A stretch of DNA of 64,000 bases, taken from NCBI RefSeq assembly GCF_006345805.1, contig NC_043006.1, positions 104,780,001-104,844,000 on the forward strand. The letters run 5' to 3'. Source of the stretch: Octopus sinensis (Eukaryota). The notes under the pieces are model-generated. The model had not been told where the DNA came from. It made no database searches and was given only the letters and a program-made list of their open reading frames with translations. Below are positions 41,542-55,525 of this stretch, piece by piece. A program made the translations under genes and the position numbers. The number at the start of each line of letters is the position of its first letter. Positions within the stretch are counted from its first letter, which is position 1.

Positions 41542-42851
41542 AAAATAGCTCCCACTTTATACTGAATATATATTTTGCAAAATACTTTTGATAGGATTCA
41601 AAACACAACGAAAGTATAGCATTGTATTTATCCTCAGCTTACAGATCTGCTCTTGGCTGAGCAGTGAAAGCGCGCAATAAATATAAAACTATTGAGGTAT
41701 AAAAATATAAAACAAGGGACAATTTTATGCTGCTTCATTACTCCGTTAATTATTTATTAACATCGATGCAATAACACCGATCAAATTGTCCTTATTCCTA
41801 TACTACTAACCACTACGTGTAATCACATTAATAGGCACATAACAGATCCATACCAAAAACATGACTACCCTGTAAAATAAGCTGTCACAAATTACACATG
41901 GAAAAATGTTTCTTTCAACCCCAAGTTTGCAAGAGAATGTGTAGTGAAAATTTAATTCACTAAATGTGGGAAAAAGCGTCCAAAACTCTGCCACACCAGA
42001 ATGAACTACCCCGCTACCCGATAAACATTTGATAGATTCAGAGGCAATGCCTTCTACATTTTGTCTGCGGGGGCAGGGAGGGGACTTCTGACAACGTTTA
42101 ACCGCAGATTTCATGAACATGATTATACTTCATAATAAATATAAAAAATATTAAACACAGACAAAAAAGAAAAACAGAAAAATCGTAAATAGCCAATGGA
42201 GGATATGCATTGATAATAACAGCATGCTTTGTGAACCCAACACCGAAAAGAAAAGGGGGTATCACGGACTTCTTATTTGATATATGGGATAGAAGTACAA
42301 ATAGTCTAAAAGCAAAACTGAATTCCTCCAGACTAGGTAAAAATAAGGTATTAAATTCTAAAACGAAAATGATAAGCAAAATTAGAATTATAACACTCAG
42401 AGGAAAAATACTTAACGAAAATACTAAGCACCAAAAGAGCGAATCATGAGAATGATGTTTAAAAATACAGAGAAAGCAAAACAGCAACAACAGACGTAGC
42501 ACATGAAGTAAATAATGCTTTTATTAGCATGACGATAGATATGCTTGTATTTCCAACCTGATTGTAACCTAATACAGAGGCTATAAACATTCTTTGAGGG
42601 TTCTACTTGTAGACGATATGCCACGAAATAATTACTGGAAGACGCTAGAAAGTAAACAAACTGAAAATTCTTGTTGAAATATTTAACAAGTGCTCATAAA
42701 ATATTTGCAAATAATAACTTTGAAGATAAATACCTGTTGGTGTAGGGAACTAAATTCTAGACAAACTAAACGTGTTGCATAACTCTTTAGTATGTTTGTA
42801 AAGAAGGCGGAGGAAAGAGAGAGAGAGGAAGGGCGATAGATAGATAGATAT

Positions 42852-42888
<37 letters not shown>

Positions 42889-42923
42889 CAGACAGATAGA
42901 TAGATAGATAGATAGATAGATAT

Positions 42924-42978
<55 letters not shown>

Positions 42979-43100
42979 TAGCGAGATGGAAAATATACAT
43001 GTAGTGAGAGAAGTTGAGGGGTCTACGCATGCTATAGATTAGAGACGTGTAGCAGTCCCCCTAAGTCGTGGGTTCATGAATAAGTTAGAATCACTGAGGA

Positions 43101-43429
43101 AACCCCCTTCGATCATGACTGACCATGGGATTGCACCTAGAAAGTTACCCTCCCAGGCACAAGTCCGGGTAATGATGTTTATGGAAGTCGCCCATGCATA
43201 CCAGCCTCCATTCTCCACGCCATCAGTGTTATCCAAGGGAAAGGCAAAGGGGACGATACAACTTGGCACCAGTGATGTCGCAACTCATTTCTACAGCTGA
43301 GTGAACTGGAGCAATGTGAAATAAAGTGTCTTGCTCAAGTACACAACACACAGCCCGGTCCGGGATTCGAACTCACAACCTCACGATCGTAAGCTCGACG
43401 CTCTAACCACTAAGCCATGCACCTTCACA
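43101..43429 (-). mobile_element. tRNA-derived SINE family D
   Basis: Minus strand A box TGGCTTAGTGG, B box GTTCGAATCCC. Confidence 0.85.
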
Positions 43430-43599
43430 TGCATACACAGAATTTGCGTTAGAATCACCAAGGAGCCACTATATCGAATTAAAGGAAGTAGTGCTAAAAC
43501 TTTTCTAAAATATCTCCTGTATGACCCAAAACTGAGGAGACAAAAGTGAATTAGGCCAAATAACAGGTCAAAAGACACTTAAAACAAAGATGACGTAAA

Positions 43600-43782
43600 T
43601 ATTGGCTTCCAATTTTGGTACAAGGCAAGTATTTCCGAAGAGAGGGAGGGTTACACCGATCTCAAAGGAAGGGGGGGCAAAATCGAACTCGGTTGAATTT
43701 AAACTCAGAATGTAAATACGGACGAAATACTGGTAAGCATTTTTTCCTGCGTCCTAACGATTCTGCCAGCTCACCGCTTTAA
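43600..43782 (-). mobile_element. SINE family C, decayed
   Basis: Head homology. Confidence 0.6.
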
Positions 43783-45624
43783 GATAAGGCAAATATTAGC
43801 TTAATCGAAGAAAAAATCTGGTGTCTGAGAAAAAATCTGGTGTGGTTCTTTACACCAGACTGATTCGGCTAAAAGCATAAATGAGCTGGTTATAGACCAC
43901 ACGAGAAAATAAATGTATCAATCAAATTTGTCCCACCAGAAAGTACTATGAAACAGGCAATGAAACAGATTTCATAAAATACTTGCAGAATGAAAATAAC
44001 TATAATGTTTCTCACAGTCGAGTCTTAACAGACGATTCAATGGAGCTATGAAATTATTTTGGAAAAAAAGGGGGCTTAACGAAAATAAAGGTAGGAAAAT
44101 TATAAGCAACTATACTCAAGCATAGAAAGTTAGGATCAAATATTTTTGTTTTGGAACCATAAATGAATAAAGAGTCTCCCGTTCGAATTATCAGTGCCAA
44201 ATAATGAATATAATATTCACTCCATTCTAGATAAAAATAAATATTATGTTCATCGGTGCGACATTTACTGCATATTAGAAGAGGATGAGACGTGATGCTG
44301 TGATATTTATATCTTTCCAAAGTGTGTTAGAGGTGTAAGTGAAATGAACTGGTTTTCAACTGGTATCGAAATTGAATGCGCGATTTGACGCTAGATTATA
44401 ACTGGTTCGACAACAAAGAATTCTATCATAGAACATTCTAATGATGATTCGACAAATTTGTCATTGCCTTTCCATTAATCATACAAACTTAGTCATCAGC
44501 TCTGCATTAGTCATATAATAGAAATGGAAGGAAAGAAGGAAGAAAGAAGAATTTGTTACAGGTTTTATCTTAGAAGATAGCTTCATCAAAGTTCCCAGCA
44601 CATATCTAAACTTAGATAAGAGAGGATAGGTGGGGATTAGCGAGGGGAAAATGTTTGATAGAGGAACGGCCATAGAAAATTAATGGCGTGTATGATATGA
44701 AAGAAAAAAAAAGTTTTAAAGAAAAGGGGTGGAAGATCACTGAGTGAAAATTATTTGAATCGATTAGCATGTGTCACCGTGTACTGACACGTCATCATTA
44801 GGTGACTTCAGCGTCCGGTACATTTATGGGCAGAATCCGGTTCACGTTACACGGATGGAGAGAGAAAAGCTACTGCTCCGGCTTTTATGACTCACTAAAA
44901 TGCAACACAACATATTCGCCAATAGTAAGAAAAGATAAATTTTTGAGAAATGAAATCAATCAATACTACAACAACCAGCTGGTTCCAGTAAACCTATGTT
45001 GATATCTTATCGATTATCAGAACTGCTCGTTTTACTTCATCGAAAATACCGACGCTGACACAGCTTCTGTTTTTACGTTTTTTGGGGTTTTTTTTTACTA
45101 TATATATGCTTTTTGAACATAAAAAAAAATTCTGTGTATTTTCGTGTTGTGATATCCTTTTCTTTCTACATAATCACATGTGCAAAACCTTTGTCGCAGT
45201 GCATGTACATTCACGTACATACACATGCTTATATATACAATCAAACATTTTTTGTATAGGTATATGGGTATATAACATTGATACAAGTGTGAGGGCGTTT
45301 GAGGGTGTGCTCATATACAGGTTAAAGTATAGAATAAATATATATTTCTCGTTCAGTAACTAAATAAACATTGTCGCACGTGGTGTATGTTTAGGTGGTG
45401 ATTGGCAGAGTCGTGAGGGAGGTGGATGACATATCTTTTTTGAATTTTTGCTTTCTAATCTCACCCCATCACTGCTGGATTTCTCGAGGAATTTCTACCT
45501 GCTACATGGAATCAGTAATATGCAATTCAGATAGAAGCACAGAACCAATTGTCCGATCGGGAGATCGACTTCACTACATTCAAATACACACCTTCATATG
45601 CACAAATATCTATCTATTTATATT

Positions 45625-46010
45625 TTCTTTTCTAATCTAGGCACAAGGCCCGACACTTTGGGAATGGGGCCAGATCGACCCCAATACGTGACTGATACTT
45701 AGTTTATCGACCCCGAAAGGATGAAAAGCAAAGTCGATCTTGGCGGAATTTGAACTCAGAACACGAAGACAGACGAAATACCTACTTCTTTACTGCCCAC
45801 AAGGGCTACACACAAAGGGGATAAACAAGGACAGACAAACGGATTAAGTCGATTATATCGACCCGAGTGCGTAACTGATACTTATTTAATCGACCCCGAA
45901 AGGATGAAAGGCAAAGTCGACCTCGGTTGAATTTGAAATCAGAACTTACCGGCAGACGAAATAGCGCTAAGCATTTCGCCCGGCGTGCTAACGTTTCTGC
46001 CAAGCTCACC
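45625..46010 (-). mobile_element. SINE family C with internal duplication
   Basis: Same core twice. Confidence 0.8.
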
Positions 46011-46058
46011 ACTTTCTTTCTATCTATATATACCTACGTATGTATGCTTGCGTGTGTT

Positions 46059-46118
<60 letters not shown>

Positions 46119-46131
46119 TGTGTGTGTATTA

Positions 46132-46369
46132 CTCGTTTACTCTTTCACATGTTTCAGTCATTTGACTGTAGCCATAATACAACACCGCATTTAGTCGAGG
46201 GAATCGACACAGGGACTTACTCTTTGTAAGCCTAGTACTTATTCTATCGGTCTCTTTCCTCGAACCACTAAGTTACGGGGAGGTAAACACATCAGAATCG
46301 GTTGTCGAGCGATGTTGGGGGACAAACACAGACACAGAAACACTCACACGCATGCTCACACACGCACAT

Positions 46370-46449
<80 letters not shown>

Positions 46450-46537
46450 TTACGACGGGCTTCTTTCAGTTTTCGTCTACCAAATCCACTCACAAGGCTT
46501 TGGCAAGCAAGCTACTTACCACACAGCCACTCCTACA

Positions 46538-46540
<3 letters not shown>
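46132..46540 (-). mobile_element. SINE family A, internally deleted
   Basis: Homology to other family A copies. Confidence 0.75.
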
Positions 46541-46596
<56 letters not shown>

Positions 46597-47294
46597 CTAA
46601 TATTATATATTAACTTCTAATAACCAGATGATGGATTCGGAATTAATCTTCATTTTGTACAATGGTCGTTTTGTGCACCGTGCTAATGTCCCTTATGGGT
46701 GGGACTAGCTAGCTGAACAACCTTTCGCTCACTAGAAAATCTAGCCTCCATATATCATTCCCTTTCTTTTTCTACCACCATTCCTTTGTCTTAAACCCAA
46801 TGTGACTTGATCCATACCTGTCCTTCAGTTCACTTCCTTTACAACTTCTATATATTTTTTATCGAGTTATTTGCTTATATTTACAAATGTTTCGTTCCCT
46901 AACCAGATGGGCATATAACAACATGACAAGCAAAACACAGGATCTTTAGGGAGATACAACTTTATGTAGGGATGTACCTGATGAGACCAAACTGCAAACT
47001 GCATGCAACACACCATGTTGAACGGAGTCCCACCCATAATGGACAGTAGCAGGATGGGTAGAAGCGACCGCTGTACAAAATTAGGATTAATACCAAATCC
47101 ATCTTCTCGTCACTTAAAAAAATTATTATTATAAATATTTCAACTAACATTGCGGAGTTCCCGAAGTAGATCCCGCAGTAATCTTCCTCGACCGCTGATG
47201 TCGCGAGGTACACAACCTGTGCTAGTGCACTACTAAACACTTCAACACGCTGATCGACATAAGTCCATTTGTCACAATAAGAAAAAGAAAAAAA

Positions 47295-47339
47295 GGACCA
47301 CTGATGCGGTCACAGGAGTGTGACGAAAGAACTCTGGCC
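47295..47339 (+). ncRNA. Degenerate hammerhead ribozyme
   Basis: CCA-CUGAUGC-G-GUCACA(GGAG)UGUGAC-GAAA-GAAC-UC-UGG. A9C change and imperfect helix III palindrome. Confidence 0.5.
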
Positions 47340-47531
47340 GAAATAAGGTTAAGTTTAATGTAAAAAATAAATAACACTGAAGCAAAGTAACACCAAATAT
47401 ATAGTGCGTGTGTTTTATTGGCTAACTGGCAAAATGACCATTCTGAAATATAACAATTAAATGTATACACACACGCACACAACACACATATATATATGTA
47501 TGGGTATATACATACATAGATATACATACAT

Positions 47532-47586
<55 letters not shown>

Positions 47587-47829
47587 TCCGTAATAATGAA
47601 GGGTGAAATTAATTAATTTGGAAAAATTATCAATTACACCAAGTAGTCTTCGGCATGTAAAAGCCTCATTCGAGGAAAATTTAAGTAATACTAAGCAATA
47701 AGGGTTTAGCAACGAGTTGCCTTACCACATACCGAATTTAGAAATAGCAGTCAAAGGGTTATAGCTATTTCTTCTACTAAAAAGGGAGATCTCAGTAAAA
47801 ACAGCATTTGGAAGGCACAAACAGGTAAC

Positions 47830-48137
47830 ATCACTGTCATCACCGTGACCGACTAGGCTATCAGATGTTGCTATACATCGTGGGTTACAATGCGCTTCGC
47901 TTTGTTTTAGCCTTCTAATGACGCCACCCCGCTGGCTAAGCGAGCCGGCCAACAGAAGAAAGAGTGAGAGAAAGTTGTAGCGAAAGATTACAACAGGGAT
48001 CGCCACCACCCCCTGCCGGAGCCTCGTAGAACTTTAGGCGTTTTCGCTCAATAAAACTCACAACGGCTAGTCTGGGAATCGAAAGCGCGATCCTACGACC
48101 GCGAGTCCGCTGCCCTAACTACTGAGCCATTACACCT
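47830..48137 (-). mobile_element. SINE family B, third tail type
   Basis: Head matches the 32691 copy; sequence after CACAACTTTC is unrelated. Confidence 0.8.
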
Positions 48138-48180
48138 TTACACACACATACACACACATATATGTAGTTATATATATATG

Positions 48181-48294
<114 letters not shown>

Positions 48295-48349
48295 ATAATA
48301 TATATATATATATAATATATATATATATTATATATATATATATATATTG

Positions 48350-48581
48350 TGTGGAGGCGCAATGGCCTAGTGGTTAGGGCAGCGGACTCGCGGTCGCAGG
48401 ATCGCGGTTTCGATTCTCAGACCGGGCGTTGTGTGTGTTTATTGAGCGAAAAAACACCTAAAAGCTCTACGAGGCTCCGGCAGGGGGTGGTGAACCCTGC
48501 TGTACTCTTTCACCACAATGGCAGTGCCCCAGCATGGCCACAGCTCAAGAGCTGAAACTGGAAAAAAACAAAACAAAACAA

Positions 48582-48585
<4 letters not shown>
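48350..48585 (+). mobile_element. SINE family B head joined to a family-A-type tail
   Basis: Head as 32691, then GGCAGTGCCCCAGCATGGCCACAGC..CTGAAAC and an A-rich end. Confidence 0.8.
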
Positions 48586-48651
<66 letters not shown>

Positions 48652-48675
48652 ATCTATGTATGTATATACATACAT

Positions 48676-48725
<50 letters not shown>

Positions 48726-48730
<5 letters not shown>

Positions 48731-49720
48731 TTACAGAAAAACAAAGGATAAATTCAGGTGTATGAACAACAGCAGGTGTAATAGTTTGACGCTTGGAAAT
48801 ATAAGAAAGTCTTTTACGTCTCGAGCCTACGCTCGTCAACAGAAAGGTATAGGAGAAATTAAACAGGGAGAATTAAAAAAAAAGTTGTGGATTTAGTGAT
48901 CAAGCATGACAACTGGTTCGGAAAAAAGGGTTTGACAGGAAAGGTTGAATGAAGGGGAGATAATAAAGTACTGGTGATCCCCAAAAACAAAGGTGCGCGT
49001 GCGTATGGATAGGGGTTAGTGATTTTGACGTGTGTGTGTGTAAGTGTGTGCGTCTGTAACGTGTGGGTGTATGGATGATGGTGTGTGGGTGTACGGATGA
49101 TGGTATGTGGTGTGAGTGCTGGGAAATGGTCAGTGCTAGTATGTGTGGAATGGTGTGAGGTGGGGTGGGGGTGTTGTGATGTGGTGTTGTGGTGTTTTCT
49201 GAGTATGGGGCTGTGGGCTGGATGTATGGGGTAGGTTGCTGTGTAAGGGGTGAAATGGTGCTGGTGGACGCGGTGGTATCAATGAAGTGAGAAGGTGGGC
49301 AGGAGTGAAAAGAGAAAGTAGGTGTCAGTAGAAGAGGGAAGAGGAAGGGAGTCAATTGAAGAGAGGAGAGGATTTGAGCGCATGTGGCGCAATGGTGTGA
49401 AGAGAGAAGATTAATTTCCTGTTCACAGCGAATGCGAAAGACCGGATGGTCGTTGTGCAAAGACAATCCGAACACTAACAAGTGTATGACCGGTAGAACG
49501 GAAATGGCGCGAGAGCGGGGTGTCATTGCCAGGTTTGATGTCTCGGAGGTGCTCCGCGAGCCGATCAGCCAAGTGGCGTCCCATTTGACCAGTGTACAGA
49601 GAAGGGCTAGAAAATGCAGGAGATACAGTAAATGTCGTTACTAGACGTCCCGTAAAGGATTTAATTATATGATAGAGACGAAGATGGGTGCCTGTGAGGT
49701 GGTGGTGTTGGAGAGGTAGA
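48726..49720 (-). mobile_element. Penelope-like element 3' fragment: GIY-YIG remnant, 3' UTR and decayed HHR (48811-48846)
   Basis: IIKSFT..SLYTGQMGRHLADRLAEHLRDIKPGNDTPLSRHFRSTGH, then LLVFGL..RIRCEQ in another frame. Terminal CUUU-CUGUUGA-C-GAGC(GUAG)GCUC-GAGA-CG-UA-AAAG. Confidence 0.8.
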
Positions 49721-49762
49721 AATAAGTGCAGCAGCCTGTTATAGATGTGTGTGTGTGTGAGC

Positions 49763-49830
<68 letters not shown>

Positions 49831-49833
<3 letters not shown>

Positions 49834-51736
49834 AAGAGCAATAAAGATTCAAGTTAATTTAAATGAATTTACTTGAATATGGTACCTAACTTAGATGCAC
49901 CAAAAAAAAAACTATACTGATTAACAATACAGTAATGTGGGGTGATTATAAGCGAGAAAAGAAGCAACAAGAATGGATAGGTTTTTAGTACGATCGTTTC
50001 ATACAAGGACAGGTTTTATTAAAAGTGCAAAGATTACAGCATATAACGAGTCCCGTACTCATCAGCTAAAATACATGTAAGTTCTCTAGACATCCTAGTG
50101 TTTGAGGCTATACTCATGAAGTAATGTAGATAATTAAGTAACATAAACAGATTTCTAAAGTTCATTAAAGTTCTTAAAGATGATGTACAGTCTTATCACA
50201 GAATTTTAAAAAGTTTTGATAGCATCACAGAGAAGGTGACCTAATCCATATGAATTCCATAGATATGATGAGGGATTATATACCCACAGAAGACAAATTT
50301 ATCCATTGTTAATTACAACGAGGTGGGTCTCAATTCCTGCTTATTAGCATTACAGAGGGGTGAATTAATCCTTTGTATAGATGCACAGATTCCAATGGTG
50401 TAGATGTAAATTCCAGAGAAATGGAGATGAATTTCATATTCACAGGCGATAAATTTTTGAATGGTTGAACACAATGAGGTAGGTATCAATCCTTGTTATA
50501 TGATTAGGTATTTGCCACATTAATCACATTACTGCTATTCACAAGAGGCTGTAGCTATTTAACTCTTAAAGGCTGAAGGGCTTTCTAGATCGGCCAAGAA
50601 TAGAGAAGGGAATAGAAGAAAAGAGATAGAAAATAATGGAGGAGGGAGCAAAAGGGGGGGGGGACTAAAAGAGAAGAGAAAAGGAAACAGAGAATAAGAA
50701 GAAGAAAAAAGAAAAAGAGAAAAAGAGAAAGAAATAGGGACAGAAGGGAAAAAAAGAAAAGAAAAAAAAAGAGGGTTCTAGTTATACAGAAGAGTTAGTA
50801 GACTGCAAGTCTGGTTTTAATCAACAGGCATCTAGGAACTAGAGGAGAATATTATTCTTTGACCAGTAAACGTTAATTTATTGCTGTTGAAATCAGCTAT
50901 GAGTTTAAAGAGAATCTAAAGAAGATAACACAGTCAGGGTTAAGGGGTCAGATGCTAAAATCACCAGAAAATACATTAGGAAAATCTAAGCATAATCTTA
51001 TCAAAAAGTCATTAAAAATTACTTATTTAATTTATTCATTTTATTGTCTTAGGAGTTGTCTATTCCCTTCTCTATTCTTGGCGATCTAGAAAGCCCTTCA
51101 GCCTTTAGAGAGTTAAATAGCTACAGCCTCTTGTGAATAGCAGTAATGTGATTAATGTGGCAAATATCCTAATCATATAACAAGGATTGATACCTACCTC
51201 ATTGTGTTCAACCATTCAAAAAATTATCGCCTGTGAATATGAAATTCATCTCCATTTCTCTGGAAATTACATCTCTACACCATTGGAATCTGTGCATCTC
51301 TATCAAAGGATTAATTCACCCTCTCTGTAATGCTAATAAGCAGGAATTGAGACCCACTCGTTGTTGTAATTAACAATGGATAAATTTGTCTTCTGTGGGT
51401 ATATAAATCCTCATCATATCTATGGAAATTCATATGGATTAGGTCACCTTCTCTGTGATGCTATCAAAACTTTTTTAAAATTCTGTGATAAGACTGTACA
51501 TCATCTTTAAAGAACTTTAATGAACTTTAGAAATCTGTTTATGTTACTTAATTATCTACATTACTTCATGAGTATAGCCTCAAACACTAGGATGTCTTAG
51601 AGAACTTACATGTATTTAGCTAGATGAATGAGGGGACTCGTTTATATGCTGTAATCTTTGCAACTTTTAATAAAACCTGTCCTTGTATGAAACGATCGTA
51701 CTAAAAACCTATCCATTCTTGTTGCTTCTTTCTCGC
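49831..51736. mobile_element. Head-to-head Penelope-like terminal region: ~670-bp inverted arms (49952-50616 / 51059-51736)
   Basis: Arms are reverse complements that differ mostly by 1-nt indels, with a ~440-bp spacer, an HHR in each arm and TA-rich flanks. Confidence 0.75.
49983..50071 (-). ncRNA. Type I hammerhead ribozyme (intact core)
   Basis: UUUUAG-CUGAUGA-GUACGGGAC..GUCCUUGUAU-GAAA-CGAUCG-UA-CUAAAA. The mirror copy at about 51615-51706 has a garbled core. Confidence 0.85.
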
Positions 51737-52881
51737 GTATATATATATTTATATATATATATTTGTAGCTCTCTGTATTCTATATATTTAAATGTTCATT
51801 GTATACGCTCACATATAATAAAATTACTTACTTTCATACGAGCGCGCACTTATACCCATTTACACACCTATGTGATCAAAACAAGTTCATACGTTGCTAA
51901 CCTACTCACTTCATCTAAGTTTCACTTTCACCTGACACTTAAATACTAAATTAGGGTGTTTTCCTTCATAAACAAAATTCAAATTGATAGTAAATAGTGA
52001 GTGACAGAAGAATTTACTCTAACAGCTGAATACATGTTCTCCTGGAATCCTTTGCTTTAGTGTTTGCTGTACACTATCTGCCAACGAAATATCTTTCGTA
52101 CCAATACTTGATTTTCCGTTACACACAACTGTTAGGAAACTGTTGTCTTCGGTTTTCACAAAATGGCAGCTAAAATCTAGAATCGTCTTAATGACAGGTC
52201 ACCTTTATCAATATTTTAGGCTGAACCCTATTTACTAGCCTAATTCATGACTATTTTATAATCAATTGATCTGTGCTATTGATTGGGACAGGAAGATATA
52301 TATGTCCCCGAGGAGTAGTCAACAATCCGTAAAACGGTTCTTCAGGAGACTCGTCCCATTTTCCTCCTTGTAAGTAGAATAAGATGTATTTCTATTCTTA
52401 CTCATATTTAATTAACATTTAGGCTTCATGTTCTTTAATTTTAGAGTGGTTTGATTAATGCATTCTTTTCCAGGTTTATATGTTTAACATTTGGTCAGGA
52501 AATTTTAAAAAGTTGAGTTAATGATATTTATTCTCTTAAACGGAACTTGATGATACGAAATCATTTCCCCAAGCAAAGGATTTATTGACGAAAGTTCTGT
52601 TTAATATTTCCTATAAGTCTCTTTCTTTACCGAACGTCAAGTTATTACTCATTAACAAATCATTCATATAATTTATAAATAACTCTTACTTTACAAAGAT
52701 TCTGAATATTCTGGCAAATATATTTATCACCATATTTCTGACTTATTCGCAGACGTTTTATCAATTTTTAACCAAAATTTATTCCAAGCTGCAAAATTTG
52801 TTTAAATATACACAATAGAAAACTATATATTGCTTGATACTTCCACAAATTCTTTTCATTTTCTATACATGAAGACATTCA

Positions 52882-52943
<62 letters not shown>

Positions 52944-54754
52944 ACACACATACAACACGCACACACACACACACACATATATATATAATGCTGTCTCAGA
53001 ATCGCAGCGCTTCATTATTTTTATATATTATTTATTTTATACAATTAGTAAGATTAGCTCAATGTGTTTTCTTACATCCTGAAATTATTTTGTTAATCTT
53101 GTTTCTATAAAGTATATTTTCAAAAAATTTAAAATTTAAATGGAGTTAAGGACTTTGAATTGCATTCCCCAAATTATGTCTATAGAATCGAGATACGAAA
53201 TAATGGTGTGTTTTAATAATTAGGTGATACAGTGAATTACTGGATTTCGTAATTGGCGGACTTTGCTTGCTAGCTTTAGTAGAGCTGTTTCGGTGTCTGA
53301 GAGAATGCTTCGCGAAACTTGTTCTGACTCTCCGAGCTTTGACTTAAAATCTAGCTGCAGTTAACTTTAACTTTCATCCTTTCAATCCTGATTAAAAACA
53401 CCAGTTCAGGGCAGTAGATTGGCGGAACTGCAAGAAAACCGGTGCAGATTCCTTGTAATGTCTTGTTGCGGCTCTTTGAGATATATTCCCACTGGTCTAT
53501 GTGGGTGATAGACTTAAAGCATCGTCCGTTTTAGGACCACCGTCTGGTATCTTAAATTTGAAGCATTCGAGTTATTTTTCAAGTTTGAAAATAATATACT
53601 TCCTATTTTCCACCAGTGCCAGAAGTTCTGTAAGAAGTCACAGGTACTACTTTCTCTCATGAGTAAAAGAAAAACTGAAATTGCAATGTTCAAAGCTAAC
53701 GTTCATGAAAATATGTATATACGTTACGGAATTACGCATGCAATTGCGATTTCCAAGAAAACTGATCGGGGTCTATGTTGGCATAAAATCAAACATTTCA
53801 TAGAATATTTGTCAGTTAAATTGTCGTAATATTAGAAAATCTGCTGTTTTGGTTTCTTAAGTTTCAACAGAAATTTAGCAAATACAAAGCTGTTGATTGC
53901 TTCTCTCTTGGCAACAAATTATGTTGCCACAGGTCTTCATCGCGTTGATGAAGTCCGAATGGTACCGACGTGCATACGGATTTTCATGGGTGTCATTAAG
54001 CCAGACAACGCTCATCTCTTTCTATGCCTGATCTCAACCGATGTATTCCAGAAAGTGACGAAATCAAGTAGAAGAAAGAATAGGGTAAGGAAGTGATTCA
54101 AATGCTACTGTTTGATTTTATCGGGCCCCAACAAGTTGAAAGGAGGATTTTTCAAGAAAATGTTTTGAAGTCAAACGATAATAATGAGAAGGGAATAATG
54201 CAAAGTACTCGATCCAACGCCTTAGTGGTCTAGACGATTGATCACTTTAACAAAATATACATAGGCCGTAGAATACAAGTAAGATATAAATTTGGTACAA
54301 CAATTACAAACTTCCGTTTGCAGCATCTTATATATCTAATGTAGCTATTTGAAGTGGTGTAAGGTGTGTGGTGTCCTTTATGTCACTAATCGTATATTGT
54401 ATACATTTAAATATCATCATTAAGAAGACTGGTTGTTATTCAGTGGTGATTTGGCTGCCATTTCTAGCCGATGGAGCAATCAAGTAGAGACGCACTTAAG
54501 TAAATAGAGTTCTGCTGATAATTAAAGACAGCAAACAAAAACTCAGAGCATCTGTACGAATGTGATTCTGGGATGTGTAACAGGAACTTAGTCAATTGGT
54601 AAATTCAGATATAATGGTAGGTACCTTTGCGTTATACATATCAGAACTAATGGTTGCATGAGACTGACTGTAATTACATGCTACAGACAAAAGCTAATGA
54701 TGCAGAAATGCACATTTGACATTCTCACCAATGTTGCTTGGCACATTTCGCCTG

Positions 54755-54807
<53 letters not shown>

Positions 54808-54976
54808 AACAAAGTTAAATGCGATACAATAAAATTAATTATAATCGCCGGTGTACCAGTACACGCCATATATTATTCATATATAAATTACATTCAAGGC
54901 GAAGTGTGCACTAGATACACAAAAGCTGGATAAATTTAGTGAGATGAAAATTTAAAACTTTTACAAACTTAGCTTT

Positions 54977-55049
54977 TCTTATACTGCAGTTTCGCCAAAT
55001 TCAGTAATAAAAATAATATTTATTTACTCAGGCTGGCTCTTCAGTAAGA
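54977..55049 (-). ncRNA. Type I hammerhead ribozyme (intact)
   Basis: Minus strand: UCUUA-CUGAAGA-GCCA..UGGC-GAAA-CUGCAG-UA-UAAGA. All core nucleotides present, palindromic helix III, GUA cleavage triplet. Confidence 0.92.
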
Positions 55050-55381
55050 TTCCTGTTAATTGTGGGAAGACCATATTAATAGACCCATGTGCGTCTATTG
55101 AAATGCTCTTTCTAAACTATTCAAAACACTGCGCAGACTCAGAACATACCCGACAAAATAGGGGATTGTGGTATATCGTCTAACGCTCAGAAATTTATCG
55201 AGAGAATATGTAAACAAAGTTAAATGCGATACAATAAAATTAATTATAATCGCCGGTGTACCAGTACACGCCATATATTATTCATATATAAATTACATTC
55301 AAGGCGAAGTGTGCACTAGATACACAAAAGCTGGATAAATTTAGTGAGATGAAAATTAAAATCTTTTACAAACTTAGCTTT

Positions 55382-55453
55382 TCTTATACTGCAGTTTCGC
55401 CAAATTCAGTAATAAAAATAATATTATTTACTCAGGCTGGCTCTTCAGTAAGA
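55382..55453 (-). ncRNA. Type I hammerhead ribozyme (intact, second tandem copy)
   Basis: Same motif as 54977-55049, 405 nt away. Confidence 0.92.
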
Positions 55454-55525
55454 TTCCTGTTAATTATGGGAAGACCATATTAATAGACCCATGTGCGTCT
55501 ATTGAAATGCTCTTTCTAAACTATT

